From positions 1-55,042 of the forward strand of contig JAZQPG010000162.1 in NCBI GenBank assembly GCA_045628365.1: a DNA stretch of 55,042 bases, in the 5' to 3' direction. Origin of the DNA: Sodaliphilus sp. (GTDB lineage: Bacteria; Bacteroidota; Bacteroidia; Bacteroidales; Muribaculaceae). The notes beneath the pieces were generated by a model. It was not told the origin of the DNA. It saw only the letters and a program-made list of their open reading frames with translations, and made no database searches. Positions 37,497 to 46,026 of the stretch are shown piece after piece. Within the stretch, counting starts at the first letter, position 1; every line of letters starts with the position of its first letter. The translations under genes and the position numbers were made by a program.

Positions 37497-37606
37497 TCCT
37501 AGATAGCCTAGAAAAACCTAGAAAACCTAGAAAGCCTAGAGAGCCTAGAAAGCTTAGAAAAACCTAGAAAGCTTAGAAAAACCTAGAAAGCCTAGAAAAC
37601 TTAGAA
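37497..37606. repeat. 9-10-bp CTAG tandem array merging into a stop codon
   Basis: About 11 units of cctagaaag/cctagaaaa/cttagaaaa; the last unit contains the TAA of 37601..40975. Confidence 0.85.
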
Positions 37607-40600
37607 CCGGCCCAGTAGGAAATCAATGACTGCATTGAGGTCATCAATATCCACCAAGCCGCTACCATCCACATCGGCAGCAGGATTGTCACGGCAAGGG
37701 GAATCCTTACCTAGAATTATATCAATCAAGGCATTAGCATCGGTAATATCCACCGCACCGTCATCGTTTACATCGCCCGCAACCGTAGCACGAAGGATGT
37801 AGCAGGCAAGTCCGTTTCCGGACACATAAAGGTATAGTTTTTTCTCATCAGGCCGCCCGCCGTCGGTCACCGAGCACAAGGCATCCCAGCCGCCATTGGC
37901 CACACTGCCAAAGCTACGGGCAGGGAATTGCCACATCGATGACATACTGTTGAAACTCTGCCCGTTACCGCCAACCAACATGAAGCGGTAGCCGCTTGCC
38001 GAGCGATGGTCGCCGTCGGGGTACACGGCAAAATGCTGCCCACCCAGGTCAAACGCGGCAAACCCGTTGGGTCCCGCAATGGCTGGACGTATGGTTGCAT
38101 TTCCGTCGAGAGAATCAACGATGCGCCCCGTAGTGATGTCATACAAAGCCACATAGGTACTCACGCCCTTAACATAGACCAGCGTGGGGCTCACGGGGAA
38201 AACCCTTGGAGCAGTGCCCCACGAGGTGATGCGAGAGGGACTGAACGAAGCAGCTTTCACCACCTTGGTTTCGGTCACGACACCATCTTTTACCGTCCAT
38301 CTCACAATCTGGGTTCCCGCCGAGGGAGCACCGAAAACATAGAACTCACCCGAGGTAACGTCGCCATAGACATTGCAATGATCTAAGCGGTTGTTGCTCA
38401 ACGCATCACAGGTGATGCGCGCTCGTTCTGTCACGAAGCCTGTCTCGGGGTCCACCTGGTGGATGACCACGCCTCGCTGGGCCACATCGGTACACAGGTT
38501 TGAAACGAGCAGATGACCTGCGCTGTCCTGGAAGATATCGTTGCCGGGGTAAAGGTGGGCGTGAACGTAGCGGCTCACGGGCTGTCGCCTCATGTGTTCG
38601 CCGGTAAGGGCGTTGTAGATGTCAATGTAGACCGAGGCCTCGCTCGAGGTTTTGTCGCGGCCAATGACATAGATGCGGTTGCCTTTAGCAGTGAAACCGC
38701 GGTTCATCTGTCCATCGTTATCAAACTGAATATTAGCATATTCGTCCTTTACCGAGCGCATCCACACGTTGGTGAGCGTGAAGCGCCCCGAGGCGTTATA
38801 GGTATCGACATCGCGCTTAATGACATACCCTTTCTCGGTGGTTCCCACCGGTACATCGGTGACGTCAAACTGTCTAACCTCGCTCGGCCCGTCCTCATGC
38901 CCGTTCTGGACACTGACCACACGCCAGTAATAACGCCCTTTGTCAAACTGAACAATCTGCATCGGCGCCATCAGGTTTGTGCCACTGCTTATAAAATCCC
39001 GCACTTCTGCAACTAGCCGTCCAAAAGTCTGGCTGTCAGAAATCTGCAGACGATATTCATCGGCACCCGAGGGGGTAAAGACGAAATTGAAGTTATTGTT
39101 CAATGCGCTGCCATCGGCGGGACGGACGAGCCTTGCCGCATCTGCCCGGGGACGCTCCCCGGTGACAAACGTCACAACTGCCGATGGGGTGTCAAGGTAA
39201 CCGGCCTTTGAGGTCCACACGCGCCAATAATAGGTAGTGTGGCTGCTTAGCTGCGACAGGTCAACGCTTGTCCTGTTTCCGGTCAACGACGGGAGGTCGA
39301 TGAGCACATGAGTGAACAGGGAATCAACGGCCACCTGCAGGCGATAGCGGGCACCTTCCTCTGCCCCACTCCACTCAAAGTCCTGGACCATACTGGTCAG
39401 CGCCCCTCCAACAGGCAAAACAGGGGTGGCGGCAACAGTTTTATCCCCTGGCACATTGATCGTCGCCGAGGCACTCTCGTTACCCCACGAGTCTACCGCC
39501 GTGACAGCCCACCAGTGGTACCCGTCGAGCAACGCCGACGGCACTGTCCACGATGTCCCGTAGGCCACCTGAGCCAGGTAGTCACCCTTGATGCCGCCGT
39601 AGGTCGCGCTCATGGCGTCGGTGGCGCTCACGCTGGTGGGGATAGCATAGACAGCGTAGCGCATGAGCCGCTGCCCCGTACCATTCCAGGACAGCATGCT
39701 GCCGTCGAGGGCAAGTTGTTGCGGGGCGTCAGGAGCCACGCCATTCTTATATTTCAAACAAGGCATCAAGACCTTGCTGATAAACGTGTTAGCGGCAAGA
39801 TAATCGCCCAGGCCTGAGCATCCGGGACCGTAGAGATACCGAGCCGAGAAAAACACCACGCCGCTCTCGCCGGCTGGAGCCTGTCGCCGCGTGAGCACCA
39901 CCTGGTTGTGCATCTCGCGCCAGTCGTCCTCGGTATTGGACTCGCTCATGCTCGAAATGCCCATGCCCGGATACTCAGGAATGCCATAGTGGTCGGCGAT
40001 GTAGTTCCACCACTGGTTCAACGTGCCAAAGGGTTTCGTGGGGCTGCTGATAAAGCGGTAGAGCTGCGGCGAGATATAGTCGATGGTTCCCTCTTCGAGC
40101 CACGCCAGCGGGTCGCTGTATATGCCGTTATACTGCCAGTCGCTGCCTATGGGGCACGGGTCCACACCATGTTTACCGGCCGAGGTCCCCTCGGTGCCGG
40201 CGATGCCCGCCGGACTGATGGCGAAGCGCGCCTGGGGCCATTCCTCGCGCATCATCGCCGCCACCTCGCGCACCATGCGGTTGACGTTGTCGCGGCGCCA
40301 GTCGGCAATGCTCATTGAGCTGCCGCTCTCGGTCCACAGGTCATAGTCGGGAGCCGTGGCGTCCTCGGCTAGTTTCTCGCTGGGATAGAAGTAGTCGTCA
40401 AAGATGATGCCGTCCACGTCGTAGTGCTCCATGATGTCGCGGCACACGGCCATGATGTGTTGACGCGTCTGCTCAAGACCGGGGTTAAACACCACGTATT
40501 TTCCGCTTTGCAGCAGCACGCCGCTTTGCTTTATGGCATTGTCAATGGCGGTGGTGCGGTCGGTGCCGCTGTTGTTACTGAAGCGGTAGGGATTGAGCCA

Positions 40601-40975
40601 CGCATGGCACTCGATGCCGCGACGGTGGCATTCCTCGACGGCAAATGCCAGTGGGTCCCATCCGGGGTCCTGGCCGCGGGTGCCCGTGAGGTACTGTGAC
40701 CAGGGCTCGAGGCTGGAGCGATACAAGGCATCGGCCATGGGACGCGCCTGGAAAAACACGCAATTCATGCGGCAGCGCTCAAAACCGTTGATCAGGTTTA
40801 GCAACTCCTGCTTCTGCTTGGCAACAACAGCTGTGCCTGTGCCGCGTGTCGACGGCCAGTCGATGTTGCTCACCGTGGCAAGCCACACCGCCCTCATCTC
40901 ACGCTTCACTCCCTCGCCGCGGGCCGCTCCCAACCACACCGTCAGCGCCACAATCACTAATATCACACGCCTCAT
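37601..40975 (-). CDS. GHL10 hydrolase + FN3 repeats + propeller-like domain + dockerin-like module
   Basis: REMRAVWLATVSNIDWP, QARPMADALY, HAWLNPYR, DGIIFDDYFYP, WRRDNVN, IDYISPQLY; YYWRV x2; GDVNDDGAVDITD. Confidence 0.88.
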   Translation of the reverse strand: MRRVILVIVALTVWLGAARGEGVKREMRAVWLATVSNIDWPSTRGTGTAVVAKQKQELLNLINGFERCRMNCVFFQARPMADALYRSSLEPWSQYLTGTRGQDPGWDPLAFAVEECHRRGIECHAWLNPYRFSNNSGTDRTTAIDNAIKQSGVLLQSGKYVVFNPGLEQTRQHIMAVCRDIMEHYDVDGIIFDDYFYPSEKLAEDATAPDYDLWTESGSSMSIADWRRDNVNRMVREVAAMMREEWPQARFAISPAGIAGTEGTSAGKHGVDPCPIGSDWQYNGIYSDPLAWLEEGTIDYISPQLYRFISSPTKPFGTLNQWWNYIADHYGIPEYPGMGISSMSESNTEDDWREMHNQVVLTRRQAPAGESGVVFFSARYLYGPGCSGLGDYLAANTFISKVLMPCLKYKNGVAPDAPQQLALDGSMLSWNGTGQRLMRYAVYAIPTSVSATDAMSATYGGIKGDYLAQVAYGTSWTVPSALLDGYHWWAVTAVDSWGNESASATINVPGDKTVAATPVLPVGGALTSMVQDFEWSGAEEGARYRLQVAVDSLFTHVLIDLPSLTGNRTSVDLSQLSSHTTYYWRVWTSKAGYLDTPSAVVTFVTGERPRADAARLVRPADGSALNNNFNFVFTPSGADEYRLQISDSQTFGRLVAEVRDFISSGTNLMAPMQIVQFDKGRYYWRVVSVQNGHEDGPSEVRQFDVTDVPVGTTEKGYVIKRDVDTYNASGRFTLTNVWMRSVKDEYANIQFDNDGQMNRGFTAKGNRIYVIGRDKTSSEASVYIDIYNALTGEHMRRQPVSRYVHAHLYPGNDIFQDSAGHLLVSNLCTDVAQRGVVIHQVDPETGFVTERARITCDALSNNRLDHCNVYGDVTSGEFYVFGAPSAGTQIVRWTVKDGVVTETKVVKAASFSPSRITSWGTAPRVFPVSPTLVYVKGVSTYVALYDITTGRIVDSLDGNATIRPAIAGPNGFAAFDLGGQHFAVYPDGDHRSASGYRFMLVGGNGQSFNSMSSMWQFPARSFGSVANGGWDALCSVTDGGRPDEKKLYLYVSGNGLACYILRATVAGDVNDDGAVDITDANALIDIILGKDSPCRDNPAADVDGSGLVDIDDLNAVIDFLLGRF

Positions 40976-40995
40976 AGCCGCTCTTTTTTACTACA

Positions 40996-41039
40996 AGAAC
41001 TATATGAACAGGAGTATCATCGCCTGTCCATATAGTTCT
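40996..41039 (-). terminator. Long stem-loop between the tandem GHL10 genes
   Basis: AGAACTATATGAACAGG...CCTGTCCATATAGTTCT (17-bp stem; the one mismatch is a G-U pair on minus-strand RNA). Confidence 0.65.
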
Positions 41040-41066
41040 ATAAAGTTGTTATTTTATCTCTCTAGA

Positions 41067-44000
41067 TCAATATCCCATGATGATCGACAGGATGATGTTG
41101 GCATCCACTATGTCTACCACACCGTCGCCGTTGACATCTTCACGACCGTCATAGGTGCCGAAAGGCACGTAGCCGAGCATCTCGTCAACAATGCAGTTGA
41201 TATCGACCACGTCGACCACGCCGTCGAGGTTCACGTCGCCGGGCAGGGCGCTTGCGTCACGCAGGGTATAGGCTGCGAGGCCGTTGCCGGGAACAAAGAC
41301 GTAGATGCGCTTCTCGCTAGGCTTAGCGCCGTCGGTCACGCAGCAGGGAGCATCCCAGGTGCTGCTGTTCACTGCGCCCAGGCCACGGGTGGGGAATGTC
41401 CACATGGGGGCGAAGGCGTTGAAGCCGGTGCCGCCGTTGCTCTGCACGAGCATGAAGCGGTAGCCGTTGTCGGCTAAGTGGTCGCCATAGGGGTACAGCA
41501 TGTAGGACTTGTCGCCCATGCTGAACATCGCGAAGCCATTGCTGCCGGTGTTGGCAGGCAAGATGGCGGCATTGGCGTCCATGCTGTCGACGATAGAGCC
41601 AGTGGTGATGTCATAGAGGGTGACGTAGGTGCTGGCGCCATTCACGTAGGCACGGGTAGCGCTCACGGGGAACACGCGGGGAGCGATGCCGAAGCTGCTC
41701 GCGCCCGAGGGGCTGTAGCCCTTGGCGGTCATCACGTCGGTAGCGTTCACGCTGCCGTTGGTGATGGTCCAGCGCACAACCTGGGTGCCGCTCGACATCA
41801 CTGCAAACACGTAGAACTGGCCCGAGGTCACGTCGCCGTAGACGTTGCAGTGGTCGATGCGCTTGGTACCGGGCAATGATGTCATCACGCTGGCGCGCAG
41901 GGTAGCCTCACCGGTCTCGGGGTCAACCTGGTGCACGTTTACCGTGTATGACTTGATGTCGAGCACGAGGTTGCTCACGCACAGGTTGCCGGCTGCGACC
42001 TGGAAGATGTCGTTGCCGGGATAATAGAGACCCTGTACATCATCGCTCACTGCAACGTGCTTGATGCGCTCGCCGGTGTCGGTGCTGTACTGGTCGATGT
42101 AGACCTGGGCGCTGCTTGAGCTCTCTGAGCGGCCGATCACGTAGATGCGGTTACCCTTAACGGTGAAGCCGCGGTTCATCAGGCCGTTAGAGTCAAACGC
42201 CATGTTGGCATATTCGTCCTTGATCGAGCGCACCCAGTTGTTGGTAAACTCAAAGTTGTTCACCTTATCATAAGTGTCGATGTCTCTCTTCATCACGTAG
42301 CCGGGCTCGAACTCGCCTATGGGGAGCGAGGTCACCTCAAACGAGCGCACATCGCTCGCCGCATCATCACAGCCCGCGGCATGGCTCATCACGCGCCAGT
42401 AGAACTTGCCTTTACCCAGGAGCGACACAATCATGTCCACGGCCTTGTTGCTGCCGCTTGCCTTGACATCGGTAGTAGAATAGACGATATTACCGAAGGC
42501 GGCGTCCTTGGCTACCTGCAGGGTGTAGCTGGCTGTGCCCGAGGGGGTGAAGACAAATGTAAAGTCGTTGTCAACCTTGGCGCCGTCGGCGGGACTAACG
42601 AGGGTCACCACGGGTGCCTCGGGACGCTTGGGAGTGGTGAAGGTCTCTACTGCCGAGGGGGTGTCGAAACATCTCTCCTGGCTGGTGATCACGCGCCAGT
42701 AGTAGGTCTTGAGGCTCTCGAGCGAACTGAGGTCCACGTCTACCCTTGCCGATGTAAGGTCGGCCTTGTCAATGACAACATTATAGAAATCCTGGTCGGT
42801 GGCAATCTGCAGGCGATACTTGGCGCTGATGAGCGATGTCCACTGGAACGTCTGTGTCCAAGCCGCTGTCGCACCTTGCACGGGGGCTAGCAGCTGCACG
42901 GCCTCGCTGGGACCGCCGGGAGCGTTTACATAGGTGGGCTCGAACTCGTTGCCCCAGCCATCGACAACGGTCACTGCATACCAGTAACCGTCCATGTACT
43001 TGCTGTCGAGGGTGAATGAGGGGCTATAGGTGATATTCAACAGGTAGTCGCCCTTGATGCCGCCGTAGATGCCGCTGCCTATCTCGGCGGGCAGCACGTT
43101 GCTGGGAATTGCATACACGGCATACTTCACCAGGTGCTTGTTTACGCCTGTCCACGACAGCACGTTGCCGTTGAGCTGAACGTTGGCCGGTGCGGGCAGC
43201 GTCTCCTTGCTCTTCCAGTCCATACAGGGGGTGAGCGCCTTGCGGGTGAAGGTATTCTTGGCGAGGAAGTCGCCCAGGCCGGTGCAGGTGGGGCCGTTGA
43301 TATACTTGGCCGAGTAGAAGTTCACACCCGAGGTGCCGGGCTTGGCATACTGGCGGGTGAGCAGCACCTGGGCGTTGATCTCGTTCCAGTCGGCCTGGGT
43401 GTTGGTCGACGCCATGAAGTAGATATTGGTGCTAGCATAGTGGTGGCGGCCAAAGTGCTCGGCACAGTAGCTCCACCAGTGGGTCATGGGACCGAAGGGG
43501 TTGGTGGTGTGGTCGGTCTTCCAGTAGAGCTGCGGCGAGATGTAGTCGATGGTTCCGTCCTCGAGCCACTGCACGCAGTCGCTGTAGATCTGGTTATACT
43601 GCCAGTCGCTCGCGCGGCAATACTTCGACAGCGGGTCGATGCCGTGACGCTTGGCCACGTTGGAGTCTGAACACGATGCTCCGGCGGGGCCGATGGCAAA
43701 CTTCACGTAGGGCTTGGTCTGCTGCACCATGTCATACATCTCCTTGACCATCAGGTTCACGTTGGCACGGCGCCAGTCACCTATGCTCATCGACGTGCCG
43801 CTGTTGCGCCACAGTTCGTAGTCGGGTGCGCTGGAATCCTCGGGAGTACCGCCGCTGGGATAGAAGTAGTCGTCAAAGATGATACCGTCGATGTCATAGT
43901 TCTCAATCATCTCACGGCACACGTTGAGCAGGCGCTCACGCGAAGCCTTCAAGCCAGGGTTGAACACCACGCGGTCACCCACAGCCATGAGGATGTCGCT

Positions 44001-44450
44001 GTTCTTGAGGGCCTGGTCCTGCGCCGTGGTGCAGTCGCGGCCGCCGCTGTTAGAGAAGCGGTAAGGGTTCACCCATGCGTGGCACTCGATGCCGCGCTTG
44101 TGGCACTCCTCAACGGCAAACGCCAGGGGGTCCCAACCGGGATCCTGGCCACGGGTGCCGGTCAGGTAGCTCGACCACGGCTCGTAGCTCGACTTATACA
44201 GCGCGTCGGCCATGGGGCGCACCTGCAGGCACACGCCGTTCATGTTGGTGCGGGCAAAGCCGTCAAGCATGTCGGTGAGCTGTTTTTTCTGCTTATTAAT
44301 GGTTGAAGTACCAGTGCCTCGAGTCTGGGGCCAGTCGATGTTAGATACCGTAGCGATCCACACCGTGCGCATCTCACGCTTCAGTGTCTCCTGTGCCATC
44401 ATGTTAAGGGATAACGCGATAGCAGCAATAGCCAGTAATAGTTTCTTCAT
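41067..44450 (-). CDS. GHL10 hydrolase + FN3 repeats + propeller-like domain + dockerin-like module; tandem paralogue of 37601..40975
   Basis: REMRTVWIATVSNIDWP, QVRPMADALY, HAWVNPYR, DGIIFDDYFYP, IDYISPQLYW; GDVNLDGVVDVVD...DVNGDGVVDIVD. Confidence 0.88.
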   Translation of the reverse strand: MKKLLLAIAAIALSLNMMAQETLKREMRTVWIATVSNIDWPQTRGTGTSTINKQKKQLTDMLDGFARTNMNGVCLQVRPMADALYKSSYEPWSSYLTGTRGQDPGWDPLAFAVEECHKRGIECHAWVNPYRFSNSGGRDCTTAQDQALKNSDILMAVGDRVVFNPGLKASRERLLNVCREMIENYDIDGIIFDDYFYPSGGTPEDSSAPDYELWRNSGTSMSIGDWRRANVNLMVKEMYDMVQQTKPYVKFAIGPAGASCSDSNVAKRHGIDPLSKYCRASDWQYNQIYSDCVQWLEDGTIDYISPQLYWKTDHTTNPFGPMTHWWSYCAEHFGRHHYASTNIYFMASTNTQADWNEINAQVLLTRQYAKPGTSGVNFYSAKYINGPTCTGLGDFLAKNTFTRKALTPCMDWKSKETLPAPANVQLNGNVLSWTGVNKHLVKYAVYAIPSNVLPAEIGSGIYGGIKGDYLLNITYSPSFTLDSKYMDGYWYAVTVVDGWGNEFEPTYVNAPGGPSEAVQLLAPVQGATAAWTQTFQWTSLISAKYRLQIATDQDFYNVVIDKADLTSARVDVDLSSLESLKTYYWRVITSQERCFDTPSAVETFTTPKRPEAPVVTLVSPADGAKVDNDFTFVFTPSGTASYTLQVAKDAAFGNIVYSTTDVKASGSNKAVDMIVSLLGKGKFYWRVMSHAAGCDDAASDVRSFEVTSLPIGEFEPGYVMKRDIDTYDKVNNFEFTNNWVRSIKDEYANMAFDSNGLMNRGFTVKGNRIYVIGRSESSSSAQVYIDQYSTDTGERIKHVAVSDDVQGLYYPGNDIFQVAAGNLCVSNLVLDIKSYTVNVHQVDPETGEATLRASVMTSLPGTKRIDHCNVYGDVTSGQFYVFAVMSSGTQVVRWTITNGSVNATDVMTAKGYSPSGASSFGIAPRVFPVSATRAYVNGASTYVTLYDITTGSIVDSMDANAAILPANTGSNGFAMFSMGDKSYMLYPYGDHLADNGYRFMLVQSNGGTGFNAFAPMWTFPTRGLGAVNSSTWDAPCCVTDGAKPSEKRIYVFVPGNGLAAYTLRDASALPGDVNLDGVVDVVDINCIVDEMLGYVPFGTYDGREDVNGDGVVDIVDANIILSIIMGY

Positions 44451-44485
44451 AGTCTCGTATGGTAATTGAGGTAAATATCAGGTCA

Positions 44486-44493
44486 CAAAGTTA
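44486..44493 (-). promoter_or_regulatory. -7 element (TAACTTTG) at the head of the dockerin/PUL locus
   Basis: caaagtta on +, 35 nt upstream of ATG 44450. Confidence 0.6.
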
Positions 44494-44559
44494 GTGAATA
44501 TTTCAAGAATAACCAAGAATCCCAGCAGAAATATGAAAACACACCAGCGAAGTGCCAAC

Positions 44560-45100
44560 GTAGGCAGCCAGCACCCACACCGGAGGACGATGCCAGCGGC
44601 ATCTCTCTCACCCATCCCTCTGCCCGGGCACGGGCATCGTGTAGGGACTTCACCCCCGTGTCGTCCGTATGTTCGGAACGAACATGGTCACCAATCGATG
44701 GCAGCCATCACCCCATGCAAGACAAGACCTCGGAGAGGTCAAGAGGCTCGGAGAGCCTCACTATGCGAAACCCCATGCAAGCAACCTCGAAGAGGTGCGC
44801 CGCATGGGGCTATGACACACCCACCGATAGTACCTCGGAGAGGAACGCAAGCGCACCCCATGCAAGGCAAGACCTCGGAGAGGTCCTCCCGCACGTGGCT
44901 GCGTGCCATCGTGTGGTATCACCGTGCGATACCTCCGGCATCGATTTCGTTATGCATTTCCTTACCCACGATGACGCTTCGCTATCGCTGCGTGTTATCG
45001 TGGGTTATCAAGGTGCGATGCCTCCGGCATCTCCGCCGTTGTGGGCGCGAGCCCCCCCGTGCCCGCTCCCACAGCCGCTACATGCCCGTATACGGCACTT
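44560..45100. repeat. REP-like cluster of GNA-triloop hairpins
   Basis: GACCTC-GGA-GAGGTC x2 (in a 32-bp repeat at 44709-44740/44854-44885), GAGGCTC-GGA-GAGCCTC, ACCTC-GAA-GAGGT, GATGCC-TCC-GGCATC (45017-45031). Pieces recur at 53766-53850. Confidence 0.7.
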
Positions 45101-45139
45101 TATAGGATGGTTTTGTTCTTTTTTTCGTGTAAGGACGCC

Positions 45140-46006
45140 TTATTCTGAGGCAACGCGCACAGCCCGGACGCTTTGCCTGAAGTAACGGGTGTCAATGCGC
45201 CAACCAATGTCGCCAGAATTGAAGTACAGGCTGCAGGCGTCACAGCTGTAGCTCGAGCCGAGCGAACTCGACCAATAGTAGCCGTCGGACCCCTCGTAGC
45301 TGAGGCTAGCGTCGTAAAAGTAGCCGCCGGCGGCGGGAAGGAAAATGCTATTACCATTGCTCTTGCTTTTTACTTCATAGCCGTTGACACCGTTCCTGGT
45401 CGTCCACGTGCAAGTGCAATAACGTCTGTTTCTCAATGCATCCTGTTCCTCCCTAGTGGGCATGCGCCATCCGGCGCCCCAGTTGGCGGTCGCGGCGTCG
45501 TCAGCGGCATCAAGGACGGTCTTGTTGTCCACACGGCCATAAGATGAACTTGTGCAGTACTTGGTCATGTTATTGTAACTGCCGTTGCACCACTTGTAGT
45601 TAGACCAGTTAAAGTTGTGGCTCTCGCCCTTGGCATAGCCCACGGTCTCGCCCCAGGCGAAGTACAGGCCATACTCCCAGGGAGATGAAGCACCCACATT
45701 ACACGTAGCCCACAGCACACCTCCTGGCAAACCAAGGTCCACATACTCACGTCCATAAGAGTCTCTACCCGAACGGTCGCGACGAGCACGAGGGGCAGCC
45801 TTTGGCTTGGCTGGGGCGGGCTTCTTATCTTCATTCTTGGGGGTGGTCTTCTTGCTTGGGGCGGGTGTTGACTCTTTCTTGGGTGCCGGGGCTTCTTTCT
45901 TCTGGCGCTTCACCATGCCTTGGGAGGACGCGAAGGCTTCTACTCCGGCACCGAGCACCAGGCACAATGCCAAACCAATAACTATCGCTTTAATGTTCTG
46001 TTTCAT
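45140..46006 (-). CDS. Exported protein with Lys/Pro-rich linker and a DUF1566/Fib_succ_major-like CLec domain; candidate DGR target
   Basis: Signal peptide; EYVDLGLPGGVLWATCNVGA, YFAWGE, DDAATANWGAGWRMPT, NGNSIFLPAAG, GYYWSS, QSVRAV. Confidence 0.85.
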   Translation of the reverse strand: MKQNIKAIVIGLALCLVLGAGVEAFASSQGMVKRQKKEAPAPKKESTPAPSKKTTPKNEDKKPAPAKPKAAPRARRDRSGRDSYGREYVDLGLPGGVLWATCNVGASSPWEYGLYFAWGETVGYAKGESHNFNWSNYKWCNGSYNNMTKYCTSSSYGRVDNKTVLDAADDAATANWGAGWRMPTREEQDALRNRRYCTCTWTTRNGVNGYEVKSKSNGNSIFLPAAGGYFYDASLSYEGSDGYYWSSSLGSSYSCDACSLYFNSGDIGWRIDTRYFRQSVRAVRVASE

Positions 46007-46026
46007 GATCTTTACACTATATTGTG

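Noticed and set aside
16616-44450. Classical cellulosome or cellulose-degradation cluster
   Set aside because: No cohesin/scaffoldin, CBM3 or GH5/9/48 recognised. GHL10 is not the GH10 xylanase family.
44709-44885. 32-bp direct repeat pair as a CRISPR remnant
   Set aside because: Only two full copies 145 bp apart, with further hairpins between them; REP-like instead.
44494-45185. ORFs 44494..45105 and 44658..45185, and 53692..54009, as genes or a transposase
   Set aside because: They run across hairpin repeat clusters, have low-complexity R/P/S translations and no HUH or DDE motif.
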